In this document: in pieces, positions 22,913-33,770 of the stretch
Layout of the letters: each line of letters begins with the position of its first letter
Numbering within the stretch: position 1 is the first letter of the stretch
NCBI GenBank assembly: GCA_030704615.1
Contig: CM060734.1
Coordinates: forward strand, 4,340,001 to 4,404,000
Direction of reading: 5' to 3'
DNA from: Takakia lepidozioides
Lineage: Eukaryota; Plantae; Bryophyta
Length of the DNA stretch: 64,000 bases
The notes under the pieces: generated by a model
Databases searched by the model: none
What the model was told of the DNA's origin: nothing
Seen by the model: the letters and a program-made list of their open reading frames with translations, nothing else
Translations under genes and position numbers: made by a program

Positions 22913-25060
22913 AAAATAGAAAGATATAAATTGTGACCCTAAGAGTCCTAAGAGGGAGAAAATAGAAAGATATAAATTATTATTTATAATCACCCTTAGG
23001 AATCCTTAGGGCGGCCTAAGAAGTCCTAAGAGGGAGGAAAATGGAAAGATATAAATTATTATTTATAATTGCCCTTAGGGCTCCTTAGGGCCACCCTAAG
23101 GATTTCTAAGAGGGGGAAAATAGAAAGATATAAATTATTATGCTTAAGGAGTCATAAGAGGGGAGACAGCCCTAAGGAATCCTAAGATGGGGAAAATGGA
23201 AAGATATGAATTATTATTTATAATCGTCTTTAGGACTCTTTAGTGCAGCTCTAAGGAGTCATAAGAGGGGAAAAATTGAAACATATATATATATTATTTT
23301 TAATTGCCCTAGAACTCCTTAGGGCGGCCCTAAGGAGTCCTAAGAGGGGGAAAATGGAAAGATGTAAATTATTATTTATAATTGTCTCTTAGGACTCCTT
23401 AGGACGGCCCTATGGATTCCTAGAGGGGGGAAATGAAAAGATGTAGATTGTTATTTATAGTCCCTCTTAGGACTCCTTAGAACGGCCCTAAGGAATTCTA
23501 TGAGGGGAAAAATGGAAAGATTTAAATTGCTATTTATAGTCGCCCTTATGACTCCTTAGAATGGCCCTAAGGGCCAAATTCCATGTCCCGGCCGTCCCGG
23601 CCAAATTATCCACAATTAACCGATGTCGGTGGAGCAAGACCGACTGGTGGGATGGATGGTTGCTTTTATGTACATAGGGTTGGAAAGCAATCTGGGAGTA
23701 GGTCTGCCTCACTGTCCAAGGTGCTCGGACCAATTGAGCCGGTCACTTGGCAAAGGGTGGGTCCCGCAAGCAAAGACTGTGGCAAGCAATGTGCACAAAG
23801 TGACCTTCACATCAGGTAGAAGAGACGCTCGTCACCCAGTACATCAGGTCAAAAATGATTACCCATATCGGCCATGAACTATGGCGCCAAATTCCCAGGT
23901 ATTGTGCTCATCGATGTCGGTTACCGATATCGGGGCACCAGCGACATTCAACACATGGAAGCTGGGTGTCATTTTTGTCAACTAGTGCAATCTTGGCCGA
24001 TGGCCGAGACATGGAAGTTGGCCCTAAGGAGTCCTAAGGGAAATGAAAAAACAAAAACTACTACAATAAATGTATCAACTTTGGTCATTACATTTATGAA
24101 TCACATGTATTATTTATTAGTTTGTACCAACAAAATTTGTAGGTTGTCACCATTTATTACAATTAAAACAAATTTTTGTTCTCGATAAACGTTCATACAG
24201 CTATTTGTAATGAATCATTTTTAAATAAGCCTTCGTGAGTTAGTACCTACGTAAAAAGTTTGTGAGATAAAGTTATTAAATAATAACTTGTCATTCTGTT
24301 TTCATCCAATTATTTTATTTTTCATTCATTCTTTCCTTAGTGTACCTCATTTTTCCTATAAGTATGGAGAACGAGGATCATTTTCTTCTCTTTCTTCCGT
24401 AAGTTATTTGCATACAATAGAACTGTCTCTCAACTCTGCTCTTTTACCTTCGTTTGTGTTTCTTTCTTTGTTTCTGTTGTTTGTTTATGTTTCTTTACTC
24501 CTTCGGATCTTTGGCAAAATAGAGTTGTTTCTTCAATGGAAAGATGTAAATTATTATTTATAATCGCCCTTAGGGCGGCCCTAAGGAGTCCTAAGAGAGA
24601 GAAAACGGAAAGATATGAATTATTATTTATAATCGCCCTTAGGACTCCTTAGGGCCGCCCTAAGGAGTCCTAACAGGGGGAAAATGGAAAAATATACATT
24701 ATTATGTATAATCGCCCTTAGTCCTAAGAGGTAGAAAATGGAAACATATAAATTATTATTTATAATTGCCCTTATGACTCCTTAGGGCGGCCCTAAGGAG
24801 TCCTAAGAAGGGGAAAATAGAAAGATGTAAATTATTATTTATAATTGCCTCTTAGGACTCCTTAGGACGGCCCTAAGGAGTCGTAAGAGGGAGAAAATGG
24901 AAAGATGTAAATTGCAATATATAGTCGCCCTTACAACTCCTTAGGGCCGCCCTAAGGAGTCATAAGAGTGGGAAAATGAAAGAATATAAATTATTATTTA
25001 TAATTGCCCTTAGGAGTCCTTAGGGCGGCCCTAAGGAGTCGTAAGAGGGGAAAAATAGAA
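22913..25060 (+). repeat. Tandem array 1: ~79-bp units, each with a 37-bp hairpin (two blocks, 22913-24045 and 24536-25060)
   Basis: Unit GAAAATGGAAAGATATAAATTATTATTTATAATCGCC-CTTAGGACTCCTTAGGG-CGG-CCCTAAGGAGTCCTAAG-AGGGG with perfect 17-bp inverted arms. Confidence 0.95.
23571..24024. mobile_element. Tourist-like (PIF/Harbinger) MITE, 454 bp, inserted in array 1
   Basis: 23-bp TIRs GGGCCAAATTCCATGTCCCGGCC and GGCCGAGACATGGAAGTTGGCCC (2 mismatches); TAA TSD at 23568-23570 and 24025-24027. Confidence 0.92.
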
Positions 25061-25830
25061 AATGACATCCATTTTAAAATAAACATTCACGAGTTAGTAC
25101 CAATGTAAAAAATTTGTCAGATGAAGCTATTAAATAATAACTTTTCATTCAGTTTTCATCCATTTATTTTTTTATTTCTCATTCATTCTTTTGATAGTAT
25201 ACTTCATTTGTTTTTCCCTATAGGTATGCAGAACGAGGATCAATTCCTTCCCTGTCTTCTGCAAGCAAGCTTTTTGTATAGAATAGAACTGTCTCTCAGT
25301 TTTGCTCCTTTGCTTTCATTTGTGTTTCTTCTTTGCTTCTGTTGTTTGTTTATGTTTCTTTGTTCTTTTGGTTCTACGACAAAATAGAACTGTCTCTTAG
25401 TGCTTCTAGGTAGCCTTCATTTGTTTTTTTCTTTTGCTTTCTGTTGTTTGTTTATATTTCTTTCTGATCTCTGTTCTTTGTATTTCTGTGTGAGTTGTTC
25501 AGCGGAATAGAACTTTCCATTCTTTCTTTCTCTTCGTTCTCTCTCTTTCGTTTGTTTTCTTTCCGCTTCGTTTGTATTTATTCTTTACTTTTGTTGTTTG
25601 TTTATGTTTTTTTGTTCTTTCGGTTCTGTGGCAAAATAGAATTGTCTGTTAGTTCTTCTCAGTAGCCTCATTTGTTTTTTTCCTTCGCTTTCTGTTCTTT
25701 GTTTATGATTCTTTCTGATCTCTATTCTTTGTATTTCTGTGTGAGTTGTTCAACGGAATAGAATTTTCCCTTCCTTCTTTCTCTTCGTTTTTTGTCTTCG
25801 TTATTTTTCTCTCGTTTTGTTTTCTTTCCT
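24215..25830. repeat. T-rich duplicated blocks interleaved with array 1
   Basis: 24215-24535 matches 25070-25390; ~250-bp units at 25350-25600 and 25600-25830. Confidence 0.75.
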
Positions 25831-27024
25831 CTTCTTCTAACAAATCACACACACTGTCGGATACACTACCAGAAACACTATCTTATATTTCCAAGAAATC
25901 ATCAAAATTCATAACACTGTTATTATGCCACTTGAATCTTACATCATAATCTATAGTATATATGATATTCAAGCAATGATATCAATATAGTATATACAAC
26001 TTAGAGATTATAAATATTTAATTATAATCTGAATTATGTATTAAAATATAGTATAAAATAAGTATATGAAAAACAAATATTTATATTAAATTAAAAATAA
26101 ATAAAATTTAAAAATCTAGCTATAATCTATGGATGTCGCTACATAAATCAACTATCATTCTATCCATCAACCTGTCAATTATCATTCCATCCATGATCAT
26201 AAATCAACCATTATCAGATCCAATCATGTTTTATTTTTACTTACTACATAATTATTTATTCATATCACTTAATATCTTATCATTATATTTTCATATTTTA
26301 AATTTTAAATTTAAATAATAATAATATTTATATTAATGAACTTATTAAATTAGTACTAATATTATATATATAATGACGTATATTATATATTATAAGACTA
26401 ATAAATTATCAATTTATATCATGCTTTCAACGTCAGATTCATCAATCCAATTTAAATCTAATCAATCAAGTTATCTATCATATTACATCTGAAAAACTTC
26501 AAATATTTCAAATATACTAGTTACAGTAACGAACTTATTTAACGATTAATAAAAAAAGGTTATATAATAATATAATATGTATTAAATATTTTAAATAAAA
26601 ATAATATATAATATATAATGTATAATACTATATTATATCATGTTTTCAACTTCAGATTTCATCATTTCAAAATATTCAAAATCAGGGCCTCTATTTCCTG
26701 TTCACTATAAAAAAAATCAAAATCCATTCAATCAAATTGTTTATCATATTACATTTCAAAATCTCCAATTTTTTTAACGTTTATGTTAATCTTTAAGGCC
26801 TTTGGGCCATAATTTTGTATGCTATAATGGATAGCTATAAGGGTTCGAATCCCTATACATTTTTTTCTTTTTTGTGAAAACCAGGGCTGAAACCAGTCCA
26901 ATCTGATATATGAGTTCATATTCGTATATTGTATAATGTATATATATCCATATATATACATCAAATATGACATGTATAATATTGTATTGTCATCTGATAT
27001 ACCAATTCAATCCAATGACGCAAT

Positions 27025-27880
27025 AAGAGTGATTCTAGGAAAGTCTTAGCGTGAATGTTTTTTTTTTTAATCACTCTAAAAAATCCTTAGAGCGGCTCTA
27101 AGGGATCCTTAGAGCGAATGCAAATAGCAATATAGTTTATTCTGTTTTCTTGCTCTAAGTAATGCTTAGATCAAATGTGAATAGCCATTTAGATTTTTTT
27201 TGTTTTCCCGCTCTAATAAACCCTTGGAGCGGCTCTAAAGGATCCTTAGAGCAAATACAAATAGCAATTTAGCTTTTTCTGTTTCCCCGCTCTAAAAAAT
27301 CCTTAAGTTAGAGCGGCTTAGAGCGGCTCTAAGGGATCCTTAGAGCGAATGTAAACAGCAATTTATCTTTTTTTGTTTTCTTACTCTAAGTAATACTTAG
27401 ATCGAATGTAAATAGCAATTTTTTTTTTTCTGTTTTTCCGCTCTAAAAAATCCCTAGAGCGGCTCTAAAGGATTCTTAGAGCGAATATAAATAGCAATTT
27501 AGCTTTTTCTGTTTTTTCCGCTGTATGAAATCCTTAGAGTGGCTTACAACGGCTCTAAGGGATCCTTAGAACGAACGTAAATATCAATTTAGCTTGTTCT
27601 ATTTTCCCAATCTAACAAATCCTTACATTGGCTCTAACGATAAGGGATCGTTAGAATAAATGCAAAAAATATGTTAAGGTTTATCTTCTTGGTCATGGTT
27701 GACCGTTTTGTTTTCCGCTCTATGAAATCCTTAGAGCGGCTTAGAACGGCTCTAAGGGATCCTTACAAGGAACGTAAATAGCAATTTAGATTTTTGTATT
27801 TTCCCAGTCTAAGAGATCCTTACATTGGCTCTAAGGGATCATTAGAATAAATGTAAATAATATGTTAGGGTTTTTCTTCT
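27025..27880 (-). repeat. Tandem array 2: a diverged, inverted relative of array 1
   Basis: Core CCTTAGAG-CGG-CTCTAAGG versus CCTTAGGG-CGG-CCCTAAGG in array 1; the reverse complement of its spacer (GGAAAACAGAAAAAGCTAAATTGCTATTTACATTCGCTCTAA) aligns with the array-1 spacer. Confidence 0.9.
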
Positions 27881-30569
27881 CGGTCATGGTTGACTGTTGA
27901 GGCCTTATGGCATCCTTTGGGATTTAACTCTTTTTCCCCTTCAATAATTCAACTATTAACAATATAGTTATTTGGCAAAAAAAGTGACTTTTGGCTAAAA
28001 TATATTAGGGTTTAGCCAGAACTTGTCGACGTGGCCTTCTGTCTTGCTGAGAAACAAAAACATGGCACTAGCTGGCATGCCGCTTTACTCAAGGTCAGAA
28101 AGACCATATACCCCAAACCCTTCGTTGGGATGAGCCCACACCTGGCAGCGTGCCATAAGGCCTGCCAGAAATCCAGACAAAGGTATTGCAATTAAGCCAT
28201 GTAAGAATAGGAATGGTGAGGGGGGGTTGGGGGTTGAACTCCTTGAGTTTGCAGTTCCAGTTGCAGATTCTTATTGGTGTATGGGTGAATCGTGGGAAAA
28301 GGGTAGGGGAGAGAGAAGCTAAGACCAGAGTGGGTGTGTCTGAATTGATGTGAAAGAGAAAACAAGAGAAATGGCTATCCGAAACATGTAAGACCACAAG
28401 GATGGGAAGTTGTTGGTTTATGATTCCCAGGGTCCAAAAGCTCGTGGCTGGAAGAGAGGGGCCTGCTTCCAGGGACGCCACCCATTGCCGCGGGATTGAC
28501 TGTATGATAGTGCTGAGACCAGTTGTGGTCCTAGTTGCCCCAATGCGTTGATAGATGAAGTGAGCAGGCAAGAAACCTGCATCACTCCAGAGATCCCGGA
28601 GCTGACTGAAACCCTTGAGGTACCAGACCTAGACCATCTTTTGGCTTGGTTTTTTTCCAAGGCCGTGGGAGCATTGTCTCGTTTGTCCTCAGGAAAGAGC
28701 TTCTGCTTAAAACCTTGCGTGATCCAACGAATGGAGGGTCTCCAGCAGGAAAGCTTGAGTGGGGAGGCATTTTTCAAGTTGTCCACCACCAAAAACTTCC
28801 ACCATCCTCCTTCCGGGCCAAGAAATCTAGGGAGCCATTTATTTGCCAAGGAGGGCTGTGATTTGTGTTTCAGGGTCCAAGGCCCCTAGACCTCCTAATT
28901 TCTTAGGGAGACAGATCTGTTTCCAAGAGACTTGAGGCCTTTTCTTCTGGTTGGAGTTGCAAGCCCCCCATATAAAGTTTTTAAGCATTGCTTTGACCTC
29001 ACAGATTGGCTTTGACGAGGGGCGCCAGGAAGCAGCAAAAAACCAGATACCAGCAGAGATGACCTGATTGGCTACCAGTGCTCTGCCCGTGATAGAAAGG
29101 AATTTAGAGCCCCAGTAGGAGAGCTTTTGCTTAAGGTTGGAAATGACAGGGGCAAAACGCTGGGAGTCAGTGAGGTCAATAGTACCAAAGGTATATCCAA
29201 GCAATGTAGTGGTTTGGCCTGGCCGCAGCTATTTGAGACCGATACCCACCCAGGAAGGCACTTGTCCTAGCAGAGATTTGTCCAAGAGTCCCCCACTAGG
29301 AGGGCACAAGTTTTGTTCCAGTTGATCTTAAACCCAGAGGCATCACAAAAGGAGCTTAGAGTTTGGGCAGCACTGTCCAGATTGCGAGTATCTGCCTGCA
29401 GCATGAGAAAAGTAACATCTACAAACATTAACTCCCTGATTTGGGTGGGCTGGTGGGTGATATAGCTTGTTATATAGCTTGTTGTCCCGTGATTTGCTAG
29501 TTGGCTTGCAGCATATGCCATATAGCCTAGGGTATCAGCTGCAATGATAAAAAAGAAAGGCTACAGAGGGCAGCCTTCACAGACCGACCTTTGGAGAAAG
29601 AAGGGCTTAGAGACGGAGCCGTTTATGATGAGTCTGCTAGAAGAACCGAAGAGGAGAATGCGCACCCATTGGCAGAAGCTAGGGGGCAGACCAATCTTGG
29701 AAAGTGTCCCAAGATGGAAGGGCCACTCCACTCTATTTTTCAAAGTCAAGCAAGAGAAGAGCAATTGCTTGCTGGGTTCTGAGAGCGTAGTGGGGTATTT
29801 CCTGTGCAAGAAGAAGATTATCCATGGTATGTCCTTTGATAAACCCTGGGTCTGATGATGGATGGCAGGAATGGCTGAAGGCGGAGAGCCAGCCTCTTAG
29901 CAATGATCTTGTAAGCATTGTCTCCTTTTTTGAAAAGAAGAGTGATGACTCCCTGGGACATGCAGGCTCGCAGCATTTGTTGGGAGAGGAAGATATGGTT
30001 GGACATTGCCAAAAAGTCATCAGAAATGTGAAGCCAAAGGGTTTTGTAAGACTCCAGTACAGGAATACCGTCTAGTCCTGGGGACTTGCCGTCCTTCAGT
30101 TTGGATAAAGCGTTTTGCAGTTCAAGTTCAGAAAGGGGTCCTTCCAGGTTGAAAGCTGCCGAAAGTGAGAGCAGCTTTGGTGTATGCATGAAACGTGCAT
30201 CATGGTGATTGGAGTTGGTTGACACATCACTATGGAAAAGGGTCTGGAAATGGTTGGATGCTAGTTTAACCTAGTATGTAATAAGTTAGTAATTAGTAAG
30301 AGGTAGGGGAAGAGAGCCCGCCTCTCCTTTATATACCCTCTCCGGGCGGTGGGCTTCTAGAAGGCTGCCTTGGGACACATGTTCCCTCATCGCAGCGGGG
30401 AGATTCAAGCCTTCTTTGGCAAACAGAAAGGCATTTTGTGAATGCGTTGATTTTCCTTTTTCTAGACGCTGCAATGTCTATGCTCATTTGTTGGCTGGCT
30501 ACTCCTACTGCTTTGAGCTTGAAAAGAAACCTATCCGTCGGGTTCTAAATGCCAGTGCAAGCCTGAGAC

Positions 30570-30815
30570 CAGGCATCTTGAAGCCGGTATCAATCGGCAC
30601 CTCCTTCGGAAGGGATGCAGAAGAATCTCCACTCAAACCCACTAGGACGTTATTGTAAATATCCACATCACCTTCAATTCCGAAGAGGTGTCGCGCACTG
30701 GCCTTGCATGCGTGGTACGAAGCACCTACAATGGAAATGAAGAAAGAAACCAAACAGTAAAGAGTCTTGTGAAATTGTGGAATGTGTTCAAAGGGCATGC
30801 ACAAACAAACTGGAG
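30570..30815 (-). pseudogene. Second copy of the methyltransferase-like exon, with its upstream intron, inserted in the L1 linker
   Basis: tttccattgtag|GT at 30725, then (G)ASYHACKASARHLFGIEGDVDIYNNVL; same phase-1 intron position as at 18603; 17/28 aa identical. Confidence 0.8.
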
Positions 30816-31741
30816 AAAATGTGAGGGATGGAGAACCGAACCTGTGCCCATGGATTTGCTGAAATTTTGAGAAGGGATGTGTTAGGGATGGAAAGCGTTG
30901 CCTGAATCATAGCGTGATCGAAGCTAGGGGGGATGGGCTGCGGATCTTTGTGTCCATTGGATAAAGTTTAAGGATATTGCATCAAATCTATCAAGGCGAG
31001 CCATTTGCAGGTCCTAAAGATTTCGTAGGACCAAGTGAAGATCGGGGCAGATTGGGAGAGGGTTGTCTGATTAGTGGGTTCAATTTCCACAAGGCTATGG
31101 TTTTGAGTTAAGGATTGCCATTGCCGAATTTCAGAATTGTTGGGGTTGAAGGAGCCAGAGCCCCTTCTGTCATTTGGGGATTCAACCATGTTGAAATCCC
31201 CAGCTAAAACCCATAAATCGATAGAGCCTCTTGCATTTTCTTGTCTAGAAGTTCCCAGAGGTCTGTTCTCTCTGCAGGGGAGTTTGGGGCATAAAAGTTT
31301 ATGAGACCCAATCTACCGACATTGAGGTTCAATGAGCAGAATTGTACCTTGCCTTGAACCCAAGTAGATTTTGTGAGAAGCAATGGGAAGAGGGAGGGGG
31401 AAATGAGAATAGTTGTGCTACCTCTAGAACCAAAGGATTGTGTGCTTCCAAAGAGAGTTGAGTCTGAAAGAGAGGCGATTTTGAGGGGATCAAGTTTGTG
31501 TTCTTGCAGATGGACAAAGGAATGTTTGCTTAAGTAGGGGGACAAGCTGGATTTGATCCTAGCTTGTTTGAGGGAGGCCGGGTCAGGCCTGCCCGGGGGG
31601 GGGGGGGTAATCATTCATGGGCAATTTCCCTTTGTTGAGAGGGGCAGTATAAGCGGCGTTAGCTTCCAGATGCATGGGGTGAGAGGGGTCTTTTTGCTTT
31701 TTAGCTAAATGGACAGGGCTGAATTGAAGAAGGTCAGCATA

Positions 31742-31742
<1 letters not shown>

Positions 31743-31773
<31 letters not shown>
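31743..31773. repeat. Poly-G run (31 nt; poly-Pro in the L1 ORF1 frame)
   Basis: Seen directly. Confidence 0.9.
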
Positions 31774-31774
<1 letters not shown>

Positions 31775-32839
31775 AGTAGAGGGATACAGGGATCCGTGGG
31801 AGGGTAACTAGACGCTAGGGGATCTCTTCCTTTTGTTAAGAGGGCAATTGACTTTGATGTGACCATGCTGGTCACAATTGAAACAGGCCGAGTATGAGGA
31901 ATCCTCAATCAGTCTAATTGTGTAGTAATTTCCTTCTGAATCAATTGATAGACGGATGAAATCTGGCAATACATCCTCATAAGGCATCATGAGGACCATT
32001 TTGGGACCATTATCCTTTCTAATATTGTTAGTGCTCATAAATGGATCAAACACACCCAGGTAGCCTAGATAGTTTCCAAAATGGTTGACAATGTCTGGAA
32101 GATTAACCAGGTATTAGTCCGGAATGAAAGGAAGTGAGACAATCCTGGGACCCCAGAGTTTGCCATTTATGTTGCCCATCATAGAGGACCATAGAAATAT
32201 GTTAACATTAAAGCCCTTTAAGTGAGGATTGAATTGAAGGGCCTGAGAGGCTGTAGCACTAGATTCGAACAAAATAGAGAAGAACCCCCTGCCTTTAGCA
32301 TGGCAGAAGTGCTGCTTAAGCTCCCCCAGTCCTCCCAAATAGCGAATCGCCCAGTCTCTAACATAAGCTCTAGTAACGTTTCTCCCAGGGAAGTGAAGCA
32401 AAATGCCTGATTCTTCCATACCCAAAATTCTGCTGTTGATCCCCTGAATGTCCATGTCAATGAGCGGGAAGTCTTTGGCTCATGGACTGTTGCTCTTCAA
32501 AGGGATGCGGGGAGAAAGATTCGTCTTCCCCTTGTCCTAGTCACAGGACCCGCTGATCAGAATTGGGTTGATGACCATCAGGAGTAGCTTCCCTGTCAGG
32601 CACAACCGGTGGAGGGGGAGGAAGGGCCAGCAAACGTTGGAGGGGGGCTGTTGAAGTGGAGTAAACTTCCTGCCAGTTGAGGATTGAGCTTGGTCGGCCA
32701 GGAAGAAGGCGGTGCCCGAAGAAAGCTCGGGCCCACTAGAGAACTAAGGTCTTGGCGCTCCCTGATGCCGGCGGGTCCAGACCATAGTTTTCGAGCGCTG
32801 ATGCACCACACTGTTGGGACCCATGGTTAGTAAGGAGCG

Positions 32840-33021
32840 AAAAAATAAAAAATAAAAAATAAAAAATGGGGACGCGTTGCCGGAGCAAGCGTAACTTGAC
32901 CCCAAGGGGCTACTGCCTTCTGATGGGAAGGTGGACACCTATATGACTTCCAACAGGTGGTTTGAACCCACAACCCCTCATGAGAGGGTATGCGCCCTTA
33001 CCACTGGGCTACATGTTGGTT
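32840..33021 (-). mobile_element. tRNA-derived SINE family A, copy 2
   Basis: Minus strand: CAACCAACATGTAGCCCAGTGGTAAGGG...GTGGGTTCAAACC...AAGTTACGC...(TTTTTTA)n; possible TSD TAAGGAGC at 32831 and 33027. Confidence 0.85.
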
Positions 33022-33770
33022 GTCTATTAAGGAGCACATAAAGCTGGAACACTTGGGAGAAGGATAACTGAAATTGGAAAGGAACCTCAAACGCAAGGAC
33101 TGCAAACAAGAGGCTGCAAGAAGGAAATCACCTCTATCCCTTGAACTGTCAAAGTCGTTCCAGTTGTTCACCTCCTCAGGTAACATATACTGAGATACTG
33201 TCCAGAATAGGCTGCCTGTCAGCTATTTTACTATAAATGCACTTCTAACCAAGCTTGACATACATTCACTGATGAGCCCGAAGGAAAGAAGGGAGCCTGA
33301 AGGGAGAGAGGAAACAGATTACCATCCAAAGTATCATGAATATAAAATGCAAGCTAGGTTGTCCATAGGTGCTCCTGCTCTTACTGTGCATCCTTGAGCT
33401 CCAACTTTTTATCCACGCAACGCCCCGATATTTTGGTTAGAGTGAAGGTCGATCACATTACGAGAATGCAAATGGATCCTCGTACAAGTTTGAGTGAAGT
33501 AGAAAATAGTTTTAAAATATATATATATATATAGTTGGCAGAAATACTCTTTCAACTAGAAACAAAAACTTTGCCTACATTCAAAGCAACCCCCTATGGG
33601 TGTGACTTCTACATAGGGCTTGTAACCCTAGGTTGTCTTCATCTTCTCCCTTCGGGAGGTTAGTTCGTTCATCATTGACTACGGTGTGTGTACCTCATGG
33701 TGTAATCTGGGGTTTTAATTTTTTTCCCCACAATAAACTCAATAGAATTTTGGGAGAGGAGGTGTGATGT

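Larger units (their letters stand above)
28095..32820 (-). mobile_element. L1-clade LINE copy 1, degenerate and 3'-truncated, with filler inserts in the linker
   Basis: ORF1 with CFNCDQHGHIKVNC knuckle; endonuclease motifs LQEHKL, NFYAPN, GDFNM; RT motifs KSPGLDG, LLDFEK, EGCPL, MFVDV; homologous to copy 2. Confidence 0.92.

Noticed and set aside
25864-25875. CACTA terminal repeat CACTACCAGAAA
   Set aside because: No matching inverted end or 3-bp TSD found, and it does not abut either array.
22913-27880. CRISPR-like array of palindromic repeats
   Set aside because: The spacers are themselves repeated, the context is eukaryotic and there are no cas genes; it is a tandem repeat.
28006-28016. 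Telomeric repeat TTAGGGTTTAG
   Set aside because: Fewer than two units; expected by chance.
32940-33021. tRNA gene (also at 7150, 49000 and 50490)
   Set aside because: A and B boxes are present but there is no complete cloverleaf; each continues into a body and simple-repeat tail, so these are SINE heads.
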